Shown in pieces: positions 13,965 to 26,005 of a stretch of DNA of 64,000 nt. The first letter of the stretch is position 1, and each line of letters opens with the position of its first letter. Source of the DNA: Takakia lepidozioides (Eukaryota; Plantae; Bryophyta). The position numbers were made by a program, and so were the translations under genes. The notes below the pieces were generated by a model. The model did not search any database, had not been told where the DNA came from, and saw nothing but the letters and a program-made list of their open reading frames with translations. The DNA lies in assembly GCA_030704615.1 (NCBI GenBank), contig CM060734.1, positions 14,694,001 to 14,758,000 on the forward strand, written 5' to 3'.

Positions 13965-14114
13965 AATTCCCACGGTTATAGGCCCCTCGGGTATAGGCAC
14001 CTTTTCTCCTGCAACACTTTTCTTACATCTGCTGACGTGGCATATGCTCACGCTAATGTGGCATGAGCGTAGGCTCACATGCTCACGGCCCACGCTCACG
14101 CCGCAGCGTCGCTG
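13965..14114 (-). repeat. MULE terminal sequence, probably the 3' terminus of MULE-1
   Basis: Reverse complement of the MULE-2 terminus: CGGTTATAGGCCC vs GGGCCTATTACCG, GCTCAC repeats, and an end GCTCACGCCGCAGCGTCGCTG matching 33133 CAGCGTAGCTACGGCGTGAGC. Orientation fits the plus-strand transposase at 1-2748. Confidence 0.65.
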
Positions 14115-15319
14115 CCATGCACACACCCCGTGCAGTCGTCAGGGCAGAACCAAAATTTGTGGTTCCTTGACTCCTTGGCTCCGAATGGGTGAGACAAGCC
14201 TATGAATGTGGGAGTTGGAGTCCTTGCAGTGCCTCTCGCGATCTTTGATTATCACTTTACAAGTGTCATGACTCTGGTAGTACTATATTGCACTCTGGAG
14301 CCCCGCACGACCTTTGAAGGGGGGATCGGTGATGGGGGGAGACGTGATGGTGGACGGGACGGGAGATTGGCCAGGAAAGCACCACGTGGCAGGCAGGGAC
14401 AAACGTAGAGGATCGCGCGATGGAAGGGAGGGGGGATCAATGGGGGGGGGGGGGCGCCACGTGGCAATCAAACAGGAGGGGGGGTCAGGGTCGTTCAAGG
14501 TAGGTGTTCAAGGTAGGTGCGGGCCAGGGCTGGCTGGCCGGCAGAGTGGGAGGGGTGGGTGGAGGAGGATGAGGGGGGTGGGGAGCATTTGACATGGGGT
14601 GCTCCACCCCTCCCAACGAGGCGGCTGCCGGGTTCCGGCTGTACCTCGCGGGCCCTACCTGTCAGCTCAAGCATGCGCCATCAAATCAAGCCACATAGAT
14701 ATTGGGACTGGGACAAACAACTATCCAAATCATATGAAAGATGCCTGCCTCAATCCATATAAGAGCTGCTCGGGCAGTGATGCACAGTGCTCAACATTCT
14801 GCTGAAACCGTACCAGCAAACACATCACATGGTCTGGTGCACAACGAGCTGACCTAGGTGCTAGTCTTCAAGCACCTCCCATGGCTGGCATGAACTGGAG
14901 CATCTATGAGTGCCTTGCCAACTAAGAAGACTAACCATGTCTCCAATGCATGCATGCAGTAGCCACCCCGTCCTCTTCGAATTGTAATTTTGAACTGCGA
15001 TTGTAGATGCACAAGCAAAGACAGATCAGATCCAGGTGGTAAGACACAATTATTTTGCAGTGAAACAGTAGCAGGAAGAACAAACAAACAAATATCTCCC
15101 AAATGCCTGGATCTGCAAAGAAGAGAACCAGTAACATAAATTAGTAGTGACTCACATGAATATGTAAGTCCCAATGGTGGTCTTTGATCACAATGATGCA
15201 GGGTCCACTAAAAACATCTAGAATTGGCGATTCAACTCTCTCAGCATAGTCCGAGCGAAGAAATTGTAGATTAAAGAGGGGAAATGTAGACAGTAGAGAT
15301 ATTGAGAACATCATCAGTC

Positions 15320-18300
15320 TTACACCACCAATTGTCTTCCTGCCAATCCTCCCTTAATCACACTAGCTTTTCCGCAGCACTTTTTCCATTTCTGTTGGGA
15401 GCCACATGCACAGCTTTCATTGCGGCCTTGCTTGAGCTTTCCAGAGGTCCGACCTATTGCAAGCGTTGAGACCACATTCTCTTTACCAGTTTCGTTGCAT
15501 GATGCATCTGCAGTGACATCCGCCATATCCTTCCCCACCACACCACTAGGTTTCCCGTTACTGTAGCTACCATTACTCATGGTCTGACTGTTAGATTTGC
15601 CACTCACCATCTGTCCATGCATAGATGCATTCTCGCCCCAACCTTCCAATTCAGTCCTTTGGGTGTGCAGGTCCATGATGGACACTTTACATTCAGGTCT
15701 CACAGCTATGGAGCTAGTTGAGCCTGCTGGAGACTCGCCTGCATCGGCATGTGCATGCACAATTGTTCCATTAGCAAGCACAGCATTCATGTCAAACTGG
15801 TCCTGAAGCTCAGCTTGAGCACAGGTGCTTTCATGCCAATTTCCTCGTGTGGCATGACAGTTCATATGAGTCACAGCTTTCACACCCTTTCCTGTTTTCG
15901 ATCCATGAGCTCTATTTAGAAATCCTGGAGCAAACAATGGCTTCATCTTCTTAAGTGGGAAGCCATTTAGAGGCCATGACCCTCCTCCACCCGCCTCAAC
16001 ACTCCTGGCAGAATGTTCTAATTCTGCTTCAGCTGAACTAGCATCCATCTTGCTTGTGAACAAGTCGTCACTTTTTGCACTATTCAATACAGACCCTGCC
16101 TCCTCATAATTTTTTTCTTTCATGTTAATCGAATGCCCCACTCCATTGAGCATTGTATGCACCTGGGGTGACAGACTGTCAGAAACACGCGTTGATTTTG
16201 TGGACTCCATCGTGTCTGCCTCTGGATCCACTGCAGATAAATCCTCATCCATCAGCACATCCATATGTGATACCTGTGAGAGCTCCAACCCATTTTCTAC
16301 AATATCTTTCTTACTCTCTTCAGTAGTAGCATCCACTGCTGGTCCTGGCAATTCCTTCATGAGCACACGCCCTTGTGATTCTTGCGGGGCACTAAATGGT
16401 TCTAATTTACAAGCATCTGATAAGAAGGGGCCCATGCTAATCCTGGGGATCCGTATTGATGATGCAGATGGTTCCCCGAGTTCATCACACTTGTCATTCT
16501 CAAACCCACCGGCAATGTGATCTTCTATGGTCTCAAGCTCCAAAAGAGCTTTGGATGACAAGTGCAATAGCTGCAGAACATCTCCATCAGCACATTTAGC
16601 ACTACCTTGTGTAGCATTTTTTCGTGGGGGTGATACACCTACACCCTCACCAGGTGACACTACAACACAGTTCTGCAAATCCAGCACACCAGTTACAACT
16701 TCAGTCGCCTCATCAATCTCCATTTTTCTGTGATCACCATCCACTCCCATACGCATTGTATGAGACCCCTCAAAGAGTTGTGCTCCCTCTTCACTTCGGC
16801 CCAATAAGTTACAAGAACCAGTGCATAGTTCTACATGTTGACGCTTTGCCTGTGCAGAAAGATCCTCTCCCCACCCACCTGCTACTAGAAGGCTTTGTGC
16901 CTCATGGTCCACAGGAACATTACAATTGTTCTGGACCCGGGAAGAGTTACGAATCACACTGTCTGATACCAAATCTACAATACTACTGGGCCAGGCATTC
17001 GTTGAGGATGAGGAGCCCACCAGATCTAAAACTGGTGGACAAGACGAAGACCTGCCATGGCTCCCAGCAGGCCAGGCAGGTAAATGGTTGGTGTCCAAAG
17101 GCCTTGGGGCAGGTAAAGGTGACAGGCCCTCATCCAGCCTCCGTTTACCCAGCCCCCTTTCTGTGCTCCACAGCTGTTGGCTCTCACCTGCCAACTCCAA
17201 AGGAACTAAGCTATGTTCACCTAGCGGATCGTAGGGGGCAGATGCCAAGTTGTTGGTGATTCTGGTCCTAGGAATGTCTTCTAGAGAACTGTAGTTTCGA
17301 TCATAAGATGCAGAGTCCTCAAGCTGCTTTCCATCGCCGCTGACTGACATGCTCACAGAATTGAAATTGGCCTCTTTAGGTTGGCGAGCAGAATCTGGTA
17401 GCAGTGAGTCACTATCAACACAATCTACTGCTTCCATGAGTGTATCAGGTCTTTGAAACTGCTCGGCCGCATCTCCCAACCCTTGACCAGTATCCCCATG
17501 AACCGTATCAACAGCTGCAGATAATTCTTGGGCCAGGTCAGTGGGAACCGGCACAGCCCCTAGCCTAGGTGGGAATACCGAGCTCCGTTGCGGTTCAAGG
17601 GGAACTGTAAATCTTTCGGACTCCAACACGCCTGGTGCATATGGAGCAGATGCAGAGAATCCGTCTTCTGGGACAGGTGCGGACCTTGCAGATGACCTGC
17701 CATACTTGAAAAGGGATGAATCAGTGGCCTTAATCCGTCTCAAATCAAAACACTGCATTATGAGTAGCCCAGCATTGTTTTTGTAAGCAATAAAATGTGT
17801 GCAAAACTGAGAATCAAAGCAAAAATCTTCAATAAAAGATCTATAATGTAAATCAAAAGCATATTTCTTAAAAAAAAAGTTTCTGCTCTTTCAATTACCT
17901 GGTGTAGAAAAGCATATATGCTCTCTGTGACATCACCTTGTCCAACCCCACTTCTTTAACCTGCCCACCGATACTCCATATCTGAGTTGCACTATTGTAA
18001 GATGAATTCCATGTCTGAATTCACTAGAGCATCTTAAATGCACCACTTTACCGCACAAATGCTATGAAAGGCTCATTCGTAAGACGGAGAAGCCATGAGT
18101 TCTAAACTGAATGCATAACACTAGACAGCTTACCTTGCTGTCATCCACCTTGTACCAACAACCATGAGAATCCTTCACATAGCAGATGTAGTGTCCAAAG
18201 AAGGAGGCATTCAGCATATCCACATGGACAACCACAGCATATAGCCTGTAGATCGGAGGTTTATCGCCTTTACCACTCATATACGGCGCCATGTCCAGCA

Positions 18301-21300
18301 CTTCCGGAAAAGTGACCCGCTTGTTCAACTTCCCAAACTTCCCACTCTGCATCAAGTTGCAAACATCACTGCTGCTTCATGAGTCTGAAATGGAATCCCC
18401 ACCCCCGGAAACTTGTTCTCCAGAAACACCATACACTCTGCAGATTGCTGTAACGTCCACTACAGGACCGCCATGGGTGCAGCCACCAGTGTATCATACG
18501 AAATGAACCCTCCTGCTAAACGTAGGTTTTCAGGGAGATGTTTTCCACTTATCAGCATGGTGATTCAGCACCTGACACCATCGCGCTGGTAATGCATCAT
18601 GTATGCACACACAGCAGCAAACAGCAGACAGATTCTGCATGCAGTATATGACAAGTTGGACATCTGCAGATAAACAATCGATAGTAAATTCAAAACATTG
18701 TGAGCATAACCAGGAGTCACCTGAAAGCGCTTGAGAGCTATAGTAAGAATGTTGGGTGCTTCATGCACAGTGAGCCGCTTACGCGCTTTCACATAGGCAT
18801 TACACCTGCAGCATAAAGGCCAGAGCAGCACATTGTCAAAGCTGCATGAAAGGGAACTGGAAATGACAAAGATTATCATACTCTGAATGTTGGATGTTTT
18901 GCTTCAAACCTCACTACTGTCCTTAAAGGTCAACACAACTTGCCACATGTAGAAATAGCCATATTCATGTCAACAGAGGAAAAGGAAATTTGAACACCTT
19001 TCCTCCATTTAATTATGCCTGTCTTTCTTTTTCAACAACATCTTTGCATGGAAGGTATGTCAGTAAAAAGTTCAGACCGCAGTACGAGCAACACTTAAAT
19101 GTACAGCCTGAGATGGGATGAATAAAGAAAAATGTGGACATGAAGGGGAGAACTGAGCTGATGTAAAGTTGTAATTTGATTTCTTCCTTCTCCAAAACAG
19201 GACCGTTAAAATCAAATCCCATCTCTTCCCACTCACCTGTGTTCATCTCATAGTGGACTCTACAGAGACCCAGCCATTCCCCTGAATACCTTGAAGACAC
19301 ATTATTTCTTTTTTTAAACAAAAACTTCGTACAACCAACAGGGGTGCGATTGGGGAATGTCATCATCCACGGAAGCCTCCAGAACATCCTACTGCTGCCG
19401 CTGCCCCCACCACAGGGGCAGCCCCTCTTGTGTCCCGACCCCCCTACCCTGAAGGCAAAGGGCTGCGACAGCCGCTGCCCCTACCACAGGGACAGCCCCT
19501 CTTGTGTCTCGATCCCTCGCCCTTAAGGCAGGGCCGCGACAGTCGCTGCCCCCACCACAGGAACAGCCACTCTTGTGTGCCGACCCCCTGCCCTCAAGGC
19601 AAAGGGCCGCGACACACACCCCTATCAACAAGGAATTGATGTCATCATCGACTTGTTCCACCCCGTGTTCCATGTCTCGCTGAAGCCATACTTCAAGGAT
19701 GCAGCGCGTCCAACTCGGCAACAAGTTTTGCGTCTACCACCTGTGCTGCTGGATCATGAGAATGAACCCGAATATGAAGTGGAGGCAATACTTAAGTCAA
19801 GGCGGATCCAAAATCGAGAGACAGGGTATCTCGTAAAGTGGAGAGACTACCACCAAGTCGAGGCAAGCTGGGTGCGTGTCTCAGAAATGGGAAACACACT
19901 CAAGGTGGTGGCCGCGGCCTCAAAGGACAGCCTCAAAAGCGGATGAAGTGTTGATGGGGACATCAACCTTAGATGGTGGGGAAGGGAATGTCTGCTTAGT
20001 TTGGTCTAGCTAGCTCGGGAATCAGATCGTAAGGACTTGTGTTGTGCAGATGTCAACCTGCTAGCAATGATCACAAACCCTCAAGGATGAAGAGAACACA
20101 CCGGTCACATTTGTACTTATTTTCACCATCCAGCAGCTCGGGAGCTGTGAACTGCGCAAGTGCATCCTCTAAGGACTCCACAAAGCCATGGATCTCCACT
20201 GCAAGATCCATCATATTCTCATACCGATTAGATTCATGGAGGCACTGCATACACTTCACCTGCATGAAAGAACACAACCCCATGTTATGCCTTTGCTCTC
20301 TTCCACAAGTTTTCAGCCTATCCAGTAGATAATTCCCTGAAACTGCCATGTTGAAGTTTGGAGAGTAGTAATTGGTACACCATCCTACAAATTTGTACTC
20401 ATTTAACAGGCAGGTCTCCTATTCAACAAAATAGAACTGGAAATAGAGGCCATATACCTGTGATTGCAGGTGACCACCAAAGATATGGTGTATAAGTGTG
20501 GTCCCTTGTGTAGCAGGATCCACAGCCTTTTCCCCGCCAGATTGATCGAGACAAATAGATTGCATGGAGTCAATAGCAAACCTGCTCTCAACAACCAAGT
20601 CACAACCATCACAAATACAAACCACACATCTATTATGGTAAGATACTGGGAAAATATTCATCATCTCTGACAACTTCACTTTCTACCATCCTGGTGAGGG
20701 TGTTTGTGAGATAGTATGTTGTCATAGAAGAGTTCTGACACTTTCTATAGCAACCATTCACATCTGTCGCAGAAACCCAAATCAATGACTTAACAAATTA
20801 ACTTCAGTTCCATAGAACTTGATGGAGAACTATACTGGCCAATCTTCTTCTATTTATGAAATACCTTCCATGCAGTCAGCAGCTATCCATGGAAAAATCA
20901 CAAAGATTTCAAATAATTCAAAGCTTACCTCATAAACTCATGTGCATCTTCTTGCCTGCCATATCCAAGATGATTGCCAATGTTTCGAATCCGCGAGAGT
21001 ATCCTGATAGGTGAGAATGGGTTTTGATTCTGCCTTACTCTCCAAACATGATCTTGGAGCTCGCACATAAAACACCAATCATTTCTCCTACCTGCTTTCA
21101 AACAAGGAGTAGCTATTCACCTCTAGAAAAGGTACACCCACACACATGGAATGACAGGCAAAAAGCTGCAGTCTCCGTAAATCATGTGGATGTTCTGACA
21201 GAAGACCTCAACTTCACATGCTGAATAGAATGCAACAGTCACTTCGTCTGACAAGGCCACTTACATTCTTCCCCATGATCACCTTCAAGCAGATATGCAG

Positions 21301-23403
21301 TGAGAGGTCGTGTGTATGTAAGGCATTGCAGGACCACATTAGCAAAGCAGCTGCATAGACAATCCAGATCAAGAACACTCACATCAGCACCCACAATAGC
21401 CTGCTGCTTGCTTCACCTTGTGTTGCAGTCCACCTCTATGTGTATGTATTTGATAGTGAAGTTGTGTCACTCAAAGATTGATAAACAAGATGATCCAAGC
21501 ACTGGGTTTGGCTCCTGATGGATGGCTCATATATACAATTCCTCACAGCCCCTTCTGTCAGCCATTAGTGAACCACGTCCTAAAAGCCTTTATTGCTTAC
21601 TTTAACAGCTAATTAAGGTGAAAACGGATCAGAAAGAAAAACAAATAACAGGCAAGAGAAGTACCTGTTTCCACAATTGATCAAACCACATGGGGGCAAT
21701 CTTAGCATATCCCACTTGAAGAACTTGACAAAGTAGTCATATGGGAATAATATCTGAGCAAGGAGACAAGTAGAAAGCACAGGTTGCAAGCTTCAGTACA
21801 ACACCATAGACTGTGAAACGTTTGATGCCAACGTACAAAAGCAACATACCACTGATAAAGGGGAGCGGTCCTTTTTCCTCTGTCCTTATTCAAGCAAGTA
21901 ATGCACCATACAGAGGAAACCCCAATGACCTCATGTACCTAGCGAAACCCGCAAGAACTATTTTAGGAAAACCAACAAAGACAAGAGTAGCTTTGAAGGG
22001 AAGAATGTCCCAAGAGCAAGGAGGATAATTACTGCACCTTCTTAGGTCTTCCCAGGCTTCCATCCGATGTAGCAGAAACAAATGGCGACTTTGACAGCTG
22101 AGATGGTGATATCTCATCAACACCATTGGGATCACACAACTCCGTGAACTGCTTGCTATCATCACTCCTAAAGCTCCCTGGGCTGAGCACATTCGAGAAG
22201 TTTTTGCTGTCACCCGTCCTATAGCCCTCTGCGGTGAGGACACCAGAAGAATTGCGACTGCCACTACCCAAGCCACTACCCAAGCTCCCCGGGCTGTTGG
22301 TGGCTGGTGCCCGACATTCCTGCTTGTGGCCTTGCCTCCAATGTTGTAATTGGCATTGTGAAGAGCTGGACAAATGCAATGGATAACAGGAATTAATAAC
22401 TAGACATAATCATCAAGAGGAGTGCATAACACTGAAAGATATCCCACCCAACACCTGGCCTCACCACAATCCATGTGAATTCACAAGGGATAAAAGTTTC
22501 AGAACCTCCTGATCTCGTCTAAGGTAGCTCAGCTTGTGCACAGAACTTCCCATGGACTTCTTGACTACATGGGGAGTTCTTGAGTGAAGGCTGAGGCAGA
22601 GGCGGAACCTGAACACTCGTTGATGTTGGCAGGCTGCAATTATTGTGCGATCTGCTAAAATTCAGCCACCACTAGGTGCTCCCGGTGTAAGGAAACTATG
22701 ATGGTCAGGGGCGTCATGTATCCAAACACTTCCATGGATACAGACTGATATAGGTCCTCCAAGAGTAGAGCTTCCTCCCAGCCTGGTAACAGGCCAGATG
22801 CAAAGTTGTTGCAACACCAGGCAGACTAGGTCCTGATGTCCTACACTGAATTCCAAACCAGGTTGCTCCTTCGCTAGATCATAGGATCCCGTGAGGTTGT
22901 TCATAGGGTAGCATTTTATTTCCTATTCAGAGTTATTCTGGCACAATCGTTTTAGAACGTGACTAGGGTTTCTCTCTGGTTGTGGAGCTCCTCAGACTGG
23001 ATTCTAAGGCAACTTCAATTAGTCCTTATAGCAAATATCTACATACTTTCAAGCCTCCAGCAGACAAAAACATGCAGTACATGAAAAATTCAACTATTAA
23101 CATGGCAGAGAAACAAGAAGAAAGTACGAACCAATAGCGAACAGCCTTGCACCGGGAGCACCTAGTAGTGGTTGGATTTAGACAAATAGCACAATAATTA
23201 CGGCCAGCCAACATCGACGTATATTCAGCTTCCGCCTCTGCCTCAGCCTTCGCTACTTCCGCTGCCAGACGCTGCAGCTTACGAAACTCGAACTGCCTTG
23301 CTCCTCTTACCTTCACCTGATGTGCAAACCCCACGCTAACCACCACTATTATAACAAGCGCCAACAGCACAGCTGGTATCTCTGTTTCCACCCACTCATG
23401 CAT
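15320..23403 (-). CDS. MYND zinc-finger ubiquitin-specific protease (C19 peptidase, plant UBP15-19 type), 11 exons, C-terminal SEC-C motif
   Basis: GT-AG exons 23403-23132, 22365-22038, 21753-21665, 21350-21265, 21091-20929, 20581-20458, 20259-20102, 18805-18721, 18346-18134, 17960-17899, about 17696-15320. N-terminal hydrophobic helix; [42 protein letters not shown]; Cys box [16 protein letters not shown]; QEDAHEF; His box GHYICYVK...WYKVDDS; AYMLFY. No disabling lesion seen. Confidence 0.93.
19390..19625. repeat. GC-rich tandem repeat, about 69-bp unit, about 3.5 copies, in the UBP intron
   Basis: Repeated GCTGCCCCCACCACAGGG...CTCTTGTGT...AAGGCARAGGGCYGCGACA. Confidence 0.8.
19650..19990 (+). 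mobile_element. Chromovirus integrase C-terminus with chromodomain and purine tract (fragment in UBP intron 7)
   Basis: [11 protein letters not shown]...[11 protein letters not shown]...YLVKWRDY...EASW, then AGATGGTGGGGAAGGGAA-TG. Confidence 0.8.
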
Positions 23404-24209
23404 CTAACTCCTCCCTTCCCTGCCCGCCCTGACGGCATCAATGAAATTGCACAATTCGGAACAGAAATGTTGACAATGCGCCGACTTCTGTCACCGCACA
23501 AATACCGTTGAGATGATCCTAACCACATCGGAAATCTTCATAAGATTCAATTTCATCAATCCCAGTGTAACACGAGCCAACGGCCACCCTGTTCATAAAG
23601 CTCGGGAGAAATGCACGCAATGACAGAATCTGGCATAGCGAAGTCAATATAACCATGCACTGAACCAGAGGAAACAGGAAGAGAACGTCTGTAGAGTGCC
23701 CGAAGCCCAAACGCAGAGATAGGTTCCAACGAAAACGGCCTGTGGAACTACAGACACGGAACCTTGGTTGTCGACCCAAAGCAATCCGCGCGCACCAGAA
23801 TGGAAGAGGCTGACGTTTCGCGTAAGGAATGCCCAAAGACCAAAAGCAGAGATGGCTTGTGAGGACCGAGCACCAGGGCGGAAGAGAAGAAGTTCGTGTC
23901 GAGGGCAGGCCCAAAGACTAAACAAGATGGATTCCAGAGAAAAGGATTCCTGTGCGACAAACACAGATAGCCCGCAAAGTCAGCGGAAAAACAGAGACGC
24001 ACACGAGGAATCGAAAGGATTCGCAGAGCACAAACTTCCACCGTTTCGTGAGCTTGCTCTCGCTGCTTGCAGCGTGGTAGCCTTATGGTTTGCCTGGAGA
24101 TTTTAATCTTTGAGTAAAGACGAGCAGGGTAGCCCTATGGAATACCAAATGCCAATGTAATCTTATAACTTATAACCTTCGGCAAATCATCTATAAGGTA
24201 GTTTTTTTT

Positions 24210-24842
24210 TTTTTTGGGGGGGGGAACATGGGTAATGGAGCCCTGATTATTTGGCGCATAAATGTTTACCAAACCTATTGTGCCGGAATTGTTAGGGAGG
24301 GTAATTGAGCAAAACTGGATTCTACCCGGGAGCCAGATGGAATCAGCAGATAGGTATGTCTGAAGGGAGGGAGAAAGCAGAATAGCAGTCCCTAATAGCA
24401 GTCCCTCCCCTTGTGCCCTCCGAAGTTGGTTTCCATAATGCATTGGCCAGAGGCCACATGTGGTATGTGAGACTGTCTATTTTAACCTAGTCTAGTTTGT
24501 GCTCCTGGAGGAAGACGATGGCATCATTTTGAAAGAGGCTAGCCAGTTTTTAATTTTCACCCTTTTGAAGGAAGCAGCATCTGGCCCGAGGCCTCTAAGG
24601 TTCCAGGAGTGGAGATTAAGTATCATCAGGAGGCATAGGTAGGCTTGGACTGCAAGTCAAATTTGATGGCCTACAAGGTCGGAAAGAGAACTGAACTCTG
24701 CAGTCACGAGGCCTCAAAGCTATGATCCAGACAAATGGGTGCGGGGGGCTTTTGGCGCCTTTTACGGACCTGTATGAAGATGCCTCTAGTGGTGATGGTG
24801 TGAGAGTTGGTAGGCACTGCCTGAAATTGGTCAGAAGGAACC
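24210..24842 (-). mobile_element. LINE-A 3' piece: end of ORF1 and AP-endonuclease start of ORF2 (L1-like)
   Basis: MILNLHSWNLRG...IVFLQEHKLD...GTAILLSP...GRIQF...LVNIYAPN. Continues the LINE-A frame cut at 33132 across the TSD (RVPS-DQFQ). Confidence 0.8.
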
Positions 24843-26005
24843 GGGGGGTGCTATTCCGTGAGCCTGGAGGCGTGAGTCTGTGAGCCCAGGAGCCCGTGAG
24901 CCCAGCACAGGCTCACGCCACGTCAGCATGCCGGAAGCGAACATGCAGGGCCTATTACCGCGGGTGGCACCTATTATCGCGGGTTGATCAGCCCTTTCCA
25001 GGCATTGCAGACTGGATGTGTTACATCCATTGTATCCATCCTTTCAATCCATTGCATCCATTTAGACGTTAGTAACATACCAAGCCCTTGCATGGGAATG
25101 TGGCTACGTCGTGAGCACTGCTTGTCGGTACCCATTCTTGGCATGTGAAGATGCTTCGTGAGGCAGAAAGACTGGAAGAGGCTCTTCTGATTTTGAACCA
25201 AGGAGGCATTGCAGCATATCCACATACGTATGTTTGTCTTTTGCTTTAGTGCATCAGGATAAAGGGCCCGGAAAGCAGGTGCACACTCATAGCATCCAAA
25301 GCGAATCCATGCGAAATGTTTTCTTACTCACCACTGTTGCGAACATGTATGGTATGTGCGGGAGCATCATGGATGCTCACCAAAAGAATGCCTGAACGAT
25401 CTTTGATCACGTGGACTTTAACGTGATGGATTTACCAAACATTGTTCTGGCAGGAATGGTTTGGAGACCAACGAGCAAATGATGTTAGAATGCACTGCCC
25501 AAACCTATCACGTTTGTTTGTTTTTGCAATGCACACAAGCCTGTGAGCTCCGGAAAACATTAAAGACATGGAAGGAACAATCCGGGCAGTCCATGCAACC
25601 CCCCTCTCCAACAATAGTTTGTTCCCAGGAATTCGCATCCCACGCACACATTGCAAACAGGACAACAAGGACACACAACCATCCCATTTCAAAATTGGCC
25701 CCGAATAAAAGTAAAAGAAAACTTGATATCAAGTGTCACAGTCATCAGAATCACAATCGATCTCATGTGCTATGTCATCCATAAAGATTCCGGCCCCAAC
25801 ACCACGTCTTCTACCACGGCCATCAATGGTTGGACTGCGAGTGTCATGAATGGACATGCTTGCTGCGAGTGCCTCCGCATAGACAGGCAACATGTAAGAC
25901 TGAGGAGGATTTGAAAAAAGTCCAAAAAGGTGTGATAGTCTTGGAGGGTCAATGGAAGCACACGGACTCCTGCACAAGTCGACAAAAACCCATTTTGAAT
26001 ACAAT
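24843..26005 (-). mobile_element. Displaced second end of MULE-2: terminal repeat 24843-24975, captured PPR piece, tail of the ParB-like gene
   Basis: Flanked by GAAGGAACC (24834-24842), the reverse complement of GGTTCCTTC (33124-33132), a 9-bp TSD. Shares CCGTGAGCCTGG and GGGCCTATTACCG with the 33133-33300 terminus. Confidence 0.75.
25240..25535 (+). pseudogene. PLS-class PPR gene fragment
   Basis: GKQVHTHSIQS...NVFLLTTVANMYGMCGSIMDAH, MPERSLITW, GLETNEQMM, ITFVCFCNA; frameshifted. Confidence 0.65.

Noticed and set aside
14290-14660. G-rich tract with G-box-like CCACGTGG, possible G-quadruplex or MITE
   Set aside because: No termini or TSD could be established and there is no evidence for function.
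15320-17758. 812-aa ORF as a standalone gene
   Set aside because: It is the last exon of the UBP gene; a phase-compatible acceptor lies at about 17696.
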